Assembly: GCA_965200475.1 (NCBI GenBank)
Contig: CBDAUL010000007.1
Coordinates: forward strand, 242,516-306,515
Direction: 5' to 3'
Origin: Vicinamibacterales bacterium
GTDB lineage: Bacteria; Acidobacteriota; Vicinamibacteria; Vicinamibacterales; UBA8438
Length of the DNA: 64,000 bases
Part shown: piece after piece, positions 18,468 through 27,656 of the stretch
How the letters are laid out: every line of letters begins with the position of its first letter
Position numbering within the stretch: the first letter of the stretch is position 1
Notes under the pieces: generated by a model
What the model was told of the DNA's origin: nothing
What the model saw: the letters and a program-made list of their open reading frames with translations, nothing else
Database searches by the model: none
Translations under genes and position numbers: made by a program

Positions 18468-18515
18468 CTCCAGCCTCCTTCCGGTGCACCGGCAGCCGGG
18501 TCGGGAGCCGGCCGC

Positions 18516-19547
18516 TCAGCGGCCGGCGTCGGCCGCGGCGGCCCGCCGCTCCTGCGCCCGCGCGCCGCTGAGGATGTTGCGCACCGCCTGCTGGCCCTCC
18601 TGGCAGGCGTACTCGAGCATGTGATCGGGGGCGCCGGCGCTGGTCAGCGGCAGCGCCACGGTCCAGTCGCGGACGAACGTCCGCGGATCGTCGATGGTGA
18701 CCTCGTACTCGATGGTGTAGGGGTCGACCCGCGTGAAGCGCTCCACCACCCGCAGGTCGGCGCTGTGGGCCACCTGCGAGGGCTCGCCGCGCACGGGGTG
18801 CAGGGGGGTCTGATCCGTGAAGTTCCCCACCTCGACGACGAGCGTGTCGCCTTCCCAGCGGCCCCGCGAGTCGCCCATCCACTGGCGGACGCCGCCGTCG
18901 AGCGCCGGCCGGCCGTCGACCGGGATGATCCGCGCGTCGTGGATCATCTCGTAGAGGATCACCACGTAGCCCGGGATCTGCAGGATCTGGTAGTTGTTGT
19001 TGTAGAAGGTGGGAAACATCGAGCCGGGGATGCTGCGCGTGATGCAGCGGTCCCAGGGGCTCAGGTCCTCCCACGAATCGAACGACATCGCGAGCCGCTC
19101 GCGGTTCACCGTCCCGATGATGTGCCGCTCGCGCGCCTCGGCGGTCAGGGCCGGCACCTGGCCGTCCGGCGGATCGATCACCTGCGACGTGCGATTGGAC
19201 ACCTTGCCCAGGTGCTCGTACCAGTGGTCGGGTCCGGCCGTCGAGCCCTCATTCGACGACACCTCCGCGGCCTGCACCCGCGCGACAGCCTCCGCCTGCG
19301 CGGCCGCGAACTCCTCGTCGGTCAGGAACTGCCGCTCGCCGAACTCGGCCGGCCGCTCGAACGGCGTCGACGTGGTGTTCGACCAGATCCCCTGCAGGTC
19401 CGGGTCGCCCCACGCGGTGCGGGGCGCGGCGTAGGATTCGGCCGGTCCGCCCTGGCCCTGGCCGGCGGCCGGCCTGGGCGCGAGCCACGAGGCCGCGGCC
19501 ACGACGAAAGCGAGAGCAACGACGCGCGCGCCGGTTGCACGGGGCAT
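18516..19547 (-). CDS. secreted protein, paralogue 3 of the PDLQGxW...EYACHEGN family
   Basis: 343 codons counted back from the stop of ORF 18516-20396, with an AAGGAGG RBS. It begins MPRATGARVVALAFVVAAAS. Blocks GDPDLQGIW, PFERP, LTDEEF, QVIDPPDGQVPALT, DRCI, IIPVDGRPA, WEGDTLVVEVGNF and LEYACQEGQQAVRNIL. Confidence 0.8.
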   Translation of the reverse strand: MPRATGARVVALAFVVAAASWLAPRPAAGQGQGGPAESYAAPRTAWGDPDLQGIWSNTTSTPFERPAEFGERQFLTDEEFAAAQAEAVARVQAAEVSSNEGSTAGPDHWYEHLGKVSNRTSQVIDPPDGQVPALTAEARERHIIGTVNRERLAMSFDSWEDLSPWDRCITRSIPGSMFPTFYNNNYQILQIPGYVVILYEMIHDARIIPVDGRPALDGGVRQWMGDSRGRWEGDTLVVEVGNFTDQTPLHPVRGEPSQVAHSADLRVVERFTRVDPYTIEYEVTIDDPRTFVRDWTVALPLTSAGAPDHMLEYACQEGQQAVRNILSGARAQERRAAAADAGR

Positions 19548-19683
19548 CTGATCCTCCTTGGCCTTGGCGACGGAATGGGAAGTGGACCGATTATAGGCCG
19601 GGAGCGGCCTGTGCGCGACGAGTGCAAGGGACGGGCGCGCACTGTCGGTGCACGATCGGTGTGCCGGAGCCAGTGGGCCGTGC

Positions 19684-19712
19684 TTGACGCCCCCCCGTTG
19701 TGCGGATATCGT
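19684..19712 (+). promoter_or_regulatory. candidate sigma70-like promoter TTGACG-N17-TATCGT with a C7 tract in the spacer
   Basis: TTGACG at 19684-19689, spacer CCCCCCCGTTGTGCGGA (C7 = 19690-19696), TATCGT at 19707-19712. This lies 10 nt upstream of the GTG at 19722. Based on motif inspection only. Confidence 0.3.
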
Positions 19713-19721
19713 CTGGCTCCG

Positions 19722-21195
19722 GTGACAGCCGATCACCCATTGACCCTTGAGCTGACCGACTGTGGACCCGTGGCCCGGGCCGGTGTCGAGTTGCGCCCGC
19801 TGACCGTGTTCGTCGGGCCCAGCAACACCGGGAAGTCCTGGCTGGCGACGCTCGCGTACGCGCTGCACCGGTATTTCGGGCGTGGCCGGCGGGGATGGTT
19901 CGGCAGGTTCCGGTTCGAGGAACCGGCCCTTCCCGAAGGCGCGAGCAGAGCTTATCCGCATGGCGGCGCAGTTCGCAGCGCCGGAAGCCCGGAGTGCGGA
20001 GCCAGGGCAGGCTGAGATCGAGCCGACCGCGCCGGTCGAGGCCGCGGTCCGGTCGCATCTCGAACAACAAGCCCGGCCAATCGGTGAGGAAATCGAACGC
20101 TGCTTCGGCGTCGATGGAAGCGATCCACTGGTGCGCAAGGGGACCGTGAAGCGTGCGCGCATCCTGCTTCGACACGCTATCGACGGAATCTCCACGCCTG
20201 TCGTGCACGAGCTGATCTTCGGCGGCGATGAGTGGACGTTTCGGCCGGCTGTTCCCGGCCGATTGCGAATTCGAAGCCAACGCCACCTGCGACTGCTCGC
20301 GGACCTCGTGACCCCGGTACACACGTACGAGGGGGTACGGATCAGCCGGACTTGGGAGGCCATCGGCGCGCTCGCCCAGAACGTCCTGCCGGACACCCAT
20401 CCCGCGTTCTATCTGCCCGCGGACAGGACAGGCTTGATGAACGCCCACAGCACCGTCGTGAGCGCCCTCATCCAGAGCGCGACCATGGCCGGGATTCGCC
20501 GTGCTGATCCAATACCGCCGCTGTCTGGCGTGCGTGGCGACTTCCTGGAGCAACTGGTGGAGATGGTATCCGACCGGCAGAGACGAGTCGGGCGCGGAAG
20601 GGAACATCTTCGCAGACTCGGGAAGGGCATCGAAGACGGCATTCTCGGCGGCGCGGTCAAGGTCGGCGGCCTGCCCGGCGTCACGTATCCGCACTTCACC
20701 TACCGTCCGCGTGGATGGGGTTCCGGCCTGCCGCTGACGCATGCATCCTCGATGGTGTCAGAGCTCGCGCCGGTCGTGCTCTACTTGCGCCATGTCATCG
20801 CCACTGGTGACCTGTTGATTATCGACGAGCCGGAATCACATCTGCATCCCGCCATGCAGGTGGCATTCACCCGACAGATCGCGGCGATCGCCGCGGCCGG
20901 GGTGCGGATCATCCTGACCACGCACAGTGAGTGGGTGCTCGAGGAACTCGGCAACGTCGTTGGGCGATCCGGATTGGCTTACGGAAGCAAGAAAGACTCC
21001 GGCGGCGTGTCCCTGGACGCCAGTCAGGTCGGCGTGTGGCTGTTCGAACCCACGGAGGACGGCGGCGGATCCCGGGTGAACGAGATCGCACTGGACGCCG
21101 ACACCGGTCTCTACCCGTCCGGATTCGACGCCGTCGCGGCGGCTCTGCACAACGACTGGGCGAAGTACGCGGACCCGCGCGGAGACGCGGAGTGA
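19722..21195 (+). pseudogene. AAA_15/AAA_21-type (ABC/OLD-like) ATPase, frameshifted
   Basis: The Walker A motif (VFVGPSNTGKSWLA) is in the frame of ORF 17484-20015. The rest is in the +1 frame of ORF 19882-21195: YLPADRTGLM, Walker B LLIIDEPESHLHP, TTHSEWV, and a DUF3696-like tail (VWLFEPTEDGG..GLYPSGFD). The frame change lies between about 19880 and 19950. GC3 is clearly lower than in flanking genes. Confidence 0.7.
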
Positions 21196-21377
21196 GCGGC
21201 TTTGCGGACGCGGTCCGGACCAGGATCGCCAACCCTTCTTGCCTGGTTGACGGGATCGACAGGGGAGAGTGCGGAGTGTCGTTGGCAGGTGCCCCGCATC
21301 CGCACCTCATCATCGATCTCGACCGTGCCGGGTCTCCTCTGGGAGGGGCGCAGACCAAGTGCGATCTTCTGTTTTGA
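21192..21377 (+). pseudogene. truncated partner ORF, possible PD-(D/E)xK-like nuclease stub
   Basis: GTGA overlap with the ATPase stop. It encodes ..PHLIIDLDRAGSPLGGAQTKCDLLF followed by a stop. Coding-like signal continues in other frames up to about 21550 (..LTPVGRGITFRPVLV..). The region 21200-21650 has lower GC. Confidence 0.3.
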
Positions 21378-21653
21378 CGCCTGTTGGTCGCGGGATCACT
21401 TTCCGACCTGTCCTGGTGTCCAGGCCTTTGCGGAGACAGAAGCAGCTTGAGTTGAGGCAGGCGAGGGTCAGATTCGGAAAACGCCAGGAAAGAGTCCGGC
21501 GCCTTGTTTGTGGAGAACCCTTGACCGCGGTGCTCGAAAGCTCGTGAGCCTTCGTCCGTAGCCGGCTGCAACGTCAGTCGCCCTGCTGTTTCAACGTTCC
21601 CACCATGCAGCCGGGAAAGCACGCCGCCCCAGCGGGAACCCTCCGTGCGCCGC

Positions 21654-22094
21654 TCACGAGGACCCGGGTGGGTCGTCGGGTGCCGGGGCGACGATGAGGC
21701 GGTTCCCGGTCGACGGCGCGTCGTTGCCCTCGATCTGGTTCAACGCCCCGACGATGACACCGAGGCCGTACGCGGCGAATCCGGTGAACAGGAGCAGCAC
21801 GCTGACGACAAACGGATGGCCGGCGTCAGGGGAATGGTGCAACACGCTGCTCAGACTCGTCGCGGGCATCAGTATCACGATGAGAGCGACCACCCAGGGA
21901 CCCCGTCGGCGGGGCGTCATGTCGAACCTTGGCTCCAGACCGGTGTAGAACGACAGCGCAAAGGCGCCGGTGGCCAGCCCGGTCAAGCAGGCCAACCCCC
22001 AATCGATGCTGAACGCACCGAGCGTGACCGACACGATCATGCCGGTCGCCAGGCCGAGAGCTATCGCTCGCCCAGTGAACACTCGTTCCTTCAT
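21654..22094 (-). CDS. hypothetical integral membrane protein (4 TM)
   Basis: Four hydrophobic helices (AIALGLATGMIVSVTLGAF, GLACLTGLATGAFALSFY, WVVALIVILMPATSL, FVVSVLLLFTGFAAYGLGVIVGAL). Confidence 0.55.
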   Translation of the reverse strand: MKERVFTGRAIALGLATGMIVSVTLGAFSIDWGLACLTGLATGAFALSFYTGLEPRFDMTPRRRGPWVVALIVILMPATSLSSVLHHSPDAGHPFVVSVLLLFTGFAAYGLGVIVGALNQIEGNDAPSTGNRLIVAPAPDDPPGSS

Positions 22095-22118
22095 CGGTCG
22101 CCTCCGTGACGTGCGGCG

Positions 22119-23423
22119 CTATGCTGCCCGCAGGAACGCCAGCAGCAGGCGGACGGTTTCCTCCGGCTGCTCCTGCTGCACCCAGTGGCCGGCGCCGTCG
22201 ACGAGGTGCGCGCCGCGGAAGTCGGTGCAGGCGCTCTCCTGCATCCGCTCGAACGCGCCCGGGCGCTGGTAGACGCCCCAGTCGCTCGCGCCGCCGATGA
22301 ACAGCGACGGGATGTCGATGGTGCGGCCGGCGAAGGTCAGCGGCTCGTCCGTGATGACGCCGGAGCGGTACCACTGCAGGCCGCCCTGGAAGCCGTTGCG
22401 CTCGTACTCCGTGCTGTAGACGCGCAGCTCGTCGTCCGGCAGCCAGCGGTTGGCCGCGATCTCGGCGGCGGTCGGCATCTCGAGAGCGACCGTCTCCGCC
22501 ATGCCCATGTCGAGGTCCATGATGTAGTAGGTCGGCATCTGCGCGACCTCGGCGGCCGTCCACGACGCCAGCCGGCGCGGGCGGTTCGCGGTCCAGTCGG
22601 CGCTCTTGTGGTGGTAGTAGGCGCGGAGGAAGGCGTGGACGCCCTGCGGGGCGCGCCACATGTTGGGGTTGGCCTCGCGCGTCCGGTAGTAGCGCTGGTA
22701 GTGCTTGCGCGGGCGGGGCAGGCGCGCCAGCTCCTCGTAGATGTCCGGCTCGGCGGGCGGCGCGGCGCGCGGGTCGTCATCCGCCGTCCCGAACGGGAAC
22801 GTCGGCGTGCCGCCGAACGGGGCGCTCATCAGGGCCACGGCCCGGAACACGTCCGGCCGCGCCACGGCGCACCAGGCGGCGATGGGCGATCCGAAGTCGT
22901 GGCCGATGACCGCGTCCACGGTGCGGTAGCCGAACGCCGACACCAGCGCCAGGGCGTCCCGCACGGCGTTCATCCGGCTGAAGGGCCGCAGGCTGCCGTC
23001 GTAGTCCGCGCTCCAGCCCGTGGTGCGGCCGTAGCCGCGCTGGTCCGGCGCGATGACGTGATAGCCGGCCGCCGCCAGCGGCGCCAGCACGTGCCGCCAA
23101 CTGTAGCCGAGCTCGGGGAAGCCGTGCAGCAGGAGCAGGGCGGGCCGTGCGCCGGACTCGAAGCCGGCCTCCAGCACGTGCATCGTCAGCCCGTTGACGC
23201 CGTGGACGAAGCGCGAGCGGACGCCGGGGGGCAGCCAGGCGGGGTCGTAGGGGCCCACGGACGCGGTCTGCGCGGCGGCCGCGGGCGGGGCCGCCAACGC
23301 TTCCGCCGGCAGCTCCCGCATCACCGCCGCGGATCCGAGAACCGCGCCGACTCCCTGCATCATGCGGCGGCGGGTGACGGCGCCGCGGTCCGCGTGCTCT
23401 GTCGTCTGCGTGCGGGTGGTCAT
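22119..23423 (-). CDS. alpha/beta hydrolase, epoxide-hydrolase-like, Tat signal
   Basis: Tat signal RRRMMQGVGAVLGSAAV. HGFPELGYSWRH (HGxP oxyanion motif), GHDFGSPIAAW (nucleophile elbow), and a C-terminal GAGHWVQQEQPE. Confidence 0.85.
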   Translation of the reverse strand: MTTRTQTTEHADRGAVTRRRMMQGVGAVLGSAAVMRELPAEALAAPPAAAAQTASVGPYDPAWLPPGVRSRFVHGVNGLTMHVLEAGFESGARPALLLLHGFPELGYSWRHVLAPLAAAGYHVIAPDQRGYGRTTGWSADYDGSLRPFSRMNAVRDALALVSAFGYRTVDAVIGHDFGSPIAAWCAVARPDVFRAVALMSAPFGGTPTFPFGTADDDPRAAPPAEPDIYEELARLPRPRKHYQRYYRTREANPNMWRAPQGVHAFLRAYYHHKSADWTANRPRRLASWTAAEVAQMPTYYIMDLDMGMAETVALEMPTAAEIAANRWLPDDELRVYSTEYERNGFQGGLQWYRSGVITDEPLTFAGRTIDIPSLFIGGASDWGVYQRPGAFERMQESACTDFRGAHLVDGAGHWVQQEQPEETVRLLLAFLRAA

Positions 23424-23571
23424 CGCTTCACCTCCGTGCGGCCGCGGCCCGACTGCCGCGGCAGCGGCGCCTCGGCGCGGACCCGGCCGTGCTCCATCTG
23501 TTATACATTCGAGCGCACCTGGAATCCACGTCGATGGAGCGTACCCGCATTCGCCGTACTGGAGGATTCAA

Positions 23572-24792
23572 ATGATCAGGCGCTTGCTGCTGCTCGCCCT
23601 CGGTCTGCTGGTCGCAGCACCGGCGGCCATTGCCCAGGAGGTTCCCGTCACCATTCGCGCCGGCCGGCTCATCGACGGCGCGGGCGGCGTGGACGAGGGC
23701 GTCACCATCACCGTGCAAGGGTCGCGGATCACGGACGTGAGCGCCGGCGCGGGCGCCGTCCGCGCCACCTACGACCTGTCGGCCCTGACCGTGCTGCCGG
23801 GCCTGATCGACACGCACGTCCACCTGACCGCGCACTTCGACGCCGACGGACGCACCCACGACGACCCCGACGAGTCGCCGGCCCGAACGATCCTGCACGC
23901 CGCGGAGAACGCCTACGCCACGCTGATGGCGGGCTTCACCACCGTGCAGAGCCTGGGCAGCCCCCTGGACCGCGACCTGCGCGACGCCATCGCGCGCGGC
24001 ACGCTGCCGGGTCCCCGCGTGCTGACCTCGCTGCGGCCCGTCACCGCCGGCACCGGCTCGCCCACCGCGATCAGGGCCTTCGTGCGCGGGCTGGCGGCCG
24101 ACGGGGCGGACGTGGTCAAGGTCTTCGCCTCGGCGAGCATCCGCGAGGGCGGGGGCCTGGTGATGAGCGCCGAGCAGTTGCGGGCCGTCTGCGGCGAGGC
24201 GGCGGCGCAGGGCCTGCGCACCGTGGTCCATGCCTACGGCACCGACGGCGTGACGGCCACCGTCGAGGCGGGCTGCGGCGGCATCGAGCACGGCAACCGC
24301 TACGACGACGCGACGATCGAGCTGCTGGCCGAGCGCGGCACGTACCTCGATCCGCACGTCGGATCGTTGTGGGCCAACTACTTCGAGCACAGGCCGCGGT
24401 TCATCGGTCTGGGCAACTACACGGAGGAAGGCTTCGCGCTGATGGAGGAGGCGCGGGTCGTCGGCTACGACACCTTCCGCCGCACGCTGGCCCACGGCGG
24501 CGTGCGCGTGGTCTACGGGACCGACGCGGTGGCCGGCGCGCACGGGCGCAACGCCGAGGAGCTCGTCTACCGGGTGCGCGACGGCGGGCAGGATCCGGCG
24601 GACGCGATCGTATCGGCAGCCTCGCTGGCCGCCGAGTCGCTCGGGCTCGCGGACAGGATCGGGACCGTGCGCCCGGGCTACGAGGCCGATCTCATTGCCG
24701 TCGCCGGCAATCCGCTCGACGACATCACGGCGATGCGCGACGTGCGCTTCGTCATGAAGGGCGGCGTCGTCTTCCGGAACGTCGCGCGGTAG
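23572..24792 (+). CDS. metal-dependent amidohydrolase (imidazolonepropionase/Xaa-Pro dipeptidase-like)
   Basis: The ATG at residue 71 of ORF 23362-24792 is preceded by GGAGGA. Signal peptide LLLLALGLLVAAPAAIAQ. Motifs GLIDTHVHL (HxH), VVHAYG and GTDAV. Confidence 0.85.
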   Translation: MIRRLLLLALGLLVAAPAAIAQEVPVTIRAGRLIDGAGGVDEGVTITVQGSRITDVSAGAGAVRATYDLSALTVLPGLIDTHVHLTAHFDADGRTHDDPDESPARTILHAAENAYATLMAGFTTVQSLGSPLDRDLRDAIARGTLPGPRVLTSLRPVTAGTGSPTAIRAFVRGLAADGADVVKVFASASIREGGGLVMSAEQLRAVCGEAAAQGLRTVVHAYGTDGVTATVEAGCGGIEHGNRYDDATIELLAERGTYLDPHVGSLWANYFEHRPRFIGLGNYTEEGFALMEEARVVGYDTFRRTLAHGGVRVVYGTDAVAGAHGRNAEELVYRVRDGGQDPADAIVSAASLAAESLGLADRIGTVRPGYEADLIAVAGNPLDDITAMRDVRFVMKGGVVFRNVAR

Positions 24793-25488
24793 GCATCCGC
24801 GCTACAGCACGCGCCACCAGGGCACGCCGAGCACGCCCTCCGCGATCCACTGCGTATCGCGGCCGCCGTGCAGCAGCAGGGCGCCGGCGAACCGGTCCGG
24901 GTACTCCTCGCGAAACAGGCGCAGGCCGCGGGCGTCCGCCAATCCGGGACTTGCGGCGGCCTTCACCTCGATTGCCAGCAACCGTCCGCCGGCCTCGACG
25001 ACGAAGTCCACCTCGCGATCCGTCGTCGTCCGCCAGAAGAGCACCTCGGGCGCGGGCGCCTGGCCGTCGCGCCACACCAGCAGGTCGAGCAGCACGAGAT
25101 TCTCCAGGTGCTCGCCCGCAACGGCGCTCGCGCCGCTCAGCCAGAGCGCCAGGGCCGGGTCGCTCCAGTAGAGCTTCGGGCTCTTGACCAGGCGCTTGCT
25201 CCGGTTCACCGAGTACGGCGGCAGGCGCACCAGTTGGAAGGACGTTTCCAGCAGGTTGAGATGGCGTTGCACCGTGGTGCGCGGCAACTGGAGGTCGCGG
25301 CCGATGTCGGCCTGGTTGAGCAGACCGCCGAGGCGCTGGCTCGCCGCGCGCATGAGACGGCGAAAATCGACCAGGTTGCCCACCGCGGACAGGGATTGCA
25401 GATCGCGCTCCAGGTAGGTGCGCACGTAGCCGTCGAACCACAGCGACCGGCCGTCGTCGCCGCCGAGCTCCACCGCCGGTGTGGGTAG

Positions 25489-26979
25489 CAGCCCGAGGTA
25501 GAAGTCGGTTCGCCGAGCCCTGCTGTTCAGGCCGCTTGGCGATGAGTAATTGAGCCGACGGGCGCCGGCGGTGTCCATTTGAGGCCCCAGGGACGCGTCA
25601 GACGCCCCCAGTGGTCGATCAGGCGGTCGATCAGGCGGAAAATCGCCGAAAAAGCCCGCCCCTGCAGGCTCCGGGGCGTACCGATGCCGGTCTGGCGCCG
25701 CAGGAGCATCCCGATGTTGCAGGCAGCCGCCTGGATCAGCACCCGCTTGCGGACATTCTCGTGACCGCGCACAAACACCCGACGCATGCCCCCCGTCTCA
25801 TACATGTGCGCGAAAGTACGCTCCACCATCTCGCCCCGGCAGCGTTGCAGGCGACGACCCCGCCGCCCGTGCACACGCCGCCGGTTCGCATACAACGCCT
25901 GCTGCGCAGCACGCTTCGCCGGCGGCGTCTCTCCCGTCTTCTTGTCCTGCCAGACGCGCCGGCCGCGCTCGGGCTCCGATACGTAGCTCCGAACCCCGAC
26001 CTCGCCGAGAGCCACCAGCGTCTCGTCGCTGTGATACCCCTTGTCAGCGACCAGCTCTTCGACCCCTCGACCGTCCGGCTGCACCAACTCCACCTGCTCG
26101 GCCGCCGCGGTCAGCGTCTCCGGCAGCGTGGCCGTATCGCCGTCCGATGCATCCTGCACCGTCACCGACACGATGGCCCCCGTCTCCATGTCGACCCCGT
26201 GCTCGACCTTGTGAGCCAAGTGCGTCCGGCCGTCCTTCATCTTCGCGATCTTCGCGTCCGGGTCCTGCGGCGATTGCCAGTCCTTGTTCGACGTCTTCTT
26301 GTTCTTGCGAGACCGGTCGAACCGAGCCAGATCCGCCCGCGTCGGGGTCTCCACCCCAGACGCCTCCGCCAAGCGCCGAAGGAACGCTTCGTAGCTTTCT
26401 CCCGTGTCCCGCCGCTCGATGCTCCGCATCGCCGCGTTCGCTTCCAGCGTCGTCGCATCGACGCCCACCGTCTTCCCCTTGACCAGACCCGCCGCCGACA
26501 ACTGCTCGAGAACCCACGTGAATACCGCCTCGTGCGTCTCGTCGTCGATCAGACGACGCGTCCGCGACAGCGTCGAGTGGTCCGGCGCCGCCTCGGTCAC
26601 ATCCAGGTCCAGGAACGACCGCAGGCTCAGAGAGTCGGCCACCCGCCACGCAATCCCACGCTCCGAAGACAGACCCTCGAAGTAGCCGATGAACAGCATC
26701 CGGAAATACCGCCCAGGACGCAGGCTCGGCCGCCCCATCCGCGTCGCGTAGAACACCGCGCACAGCCCCTCGACGAACGCGTCGAACCCGGCCTCGTCCA
26801 GAACCCGGTTCAGACGCTCGAAGAACGGATGCCCCGCGTTCGTCGGCAAATCCGCCGTCGTCACCCACAGCGGCGCCCCTGGTCGCGCGGCCGGTTTCTT
26901 GCCCATCGCCATAGCTGTTCAGTCTACGGGCTCGATCGCGCCCAGGCCAGGCCCGTTCCCCGACTTTCACCACGGGCTG
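25489..26979 (-). mobile_element. IS5/IS1182-superfamily insertion sequence, copy 1 (1491 bp)
   Basis: It appears identical to 47896-49386 (offset 22407; every ORF translation is identical in all frames). Imperfect terminal inverted repeats are CAGCCCGAGGTAGAAGTCGG and CAGCCCGTGGTGAAAGTCGG (17/20). Confidence 0.9.
25527..26912 (-). CDS. DDE transposase (DUF772 N-terminal domain, IS5/IS1182 type)
   Basis: 461 aa. Motifs GRPSLRPGRYFRMLFIGYFEGLSSERGIAWRVADSLSLRSFL, PDHSTLSRTRRLI, VGVDATTLEANAA, ADKGYHS and VERTFAHMYETGGMRR. Confidence 0.9.
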   Translation of the reverse strand: MAMGKKPAARPGAPLWVTTADLPTNAGHPFFERLNRVLDEAGFDAFVEGLCAVFYATRMGRPSLRPGRYFRMLFIGYFEGLSSERGIAWRVADSLSLRSFLDLDVTEAAPDHSTLSRTRRLIDDETHEAVFTWVLEQLSAAGLVKGKTVGVDATTLEANAAMRSIERRDTGESYEAFLRRLAEASGVETPTRADLARFDRSRKNKKTSNKDWQSPQDPDAKIAKMKDGRTHLAHKVEHGVDMETGAIVSVTVQDASDGDTATLPETLTAAAEQVELVQPDGRGVEELVADKGYHSDETLVALGEVGVRSYVSEPERGRRVWQDKKTGETPPAKRAAQQALYANRRRVHGRRGRRLQRCRGEMVERTFAHMYETGGMRRVFVRGHENVRKRVLIQAAACNIGMLLRRQTGIGTPRSLQGRAFSAIFRLIDRLIDHWGRLTRPWGLKWTPPAPVGSITHRQAA

Positions 26980-27656
26980 ATAGCCGCTGGTGCGCACCTC
27001 GATGCGCCAGTCGGCGGCAACCTCCTCGTCGGGCGATTCGAAGAGGTCCGGCCACTCGGCAACGCGGGTCGCCAGCAGCCTGGACCAGACGCCCGGCGTT
27101 CCCCGCCCCAGGCGTTCCCGGCGGCTGAGCGGCCACAGGTTCACGTACGCCGCCCGACCCGCCAGCGTCTCGGACACGCGCTGCATGAGCAGCAGGTTCG
27201 CCGAACCGGTCAGCAGGAAGCGGCCGCTGCGGCGCGGCCGGTCCTCGTCCACCGCGCGCTTGACGGCGAGCAGGAGATCGGGCTCGCGTTGCACTTCGTC
27301 GAGGGTCAGCCGTGGCGCGGCGCGGACCAGATCCCGCGGCGCTGCGCGCGCCCGCTCGTGCGTTTCCGGATCGTCGAGGGTGAGATAGAGCCGGTCAGCC
27401 AGGAACGGCTCGGTCCGCGCCAGCGTGCTCTTGCCGGTCTGACGCGCGCCCATCAGCACGACGACGGGGAAGGCTTGCAGGGCCCGCCTCAGGAGGCCGG
27501 CCGCATGGCGTGGCAGGTAGCTGGGATCGACCACGGTGCAGGCAATTATCGCCCGTGCCGTGGGCAATATACAACCCCGGAGCGGCGGCGACCACGGTGC
27601 CGCCGCCGAAGCCGGGCCGCCATTTTCGCTGGCGACCCTGTCGGCCCAACGAACGG

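Larger units (their letters stand above)
24802..27534 (-). pseudogene. AAA_14 + DUF4143 ATPase gene split by IS copy 1
   Basis: The N-terminal half is 27534-26980 (GTG, VVDPSYLPR.., Walker A GARQTGKST, ..WRIEVRTSGY). The C-terminal half is 25488-24802 (LPTPAVELGGDDGRSLWFDGYVRTYLERDL..DREVDFVV..IEVK). The 1491-bp IS sits exactly between them. Confidence 0.8.
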
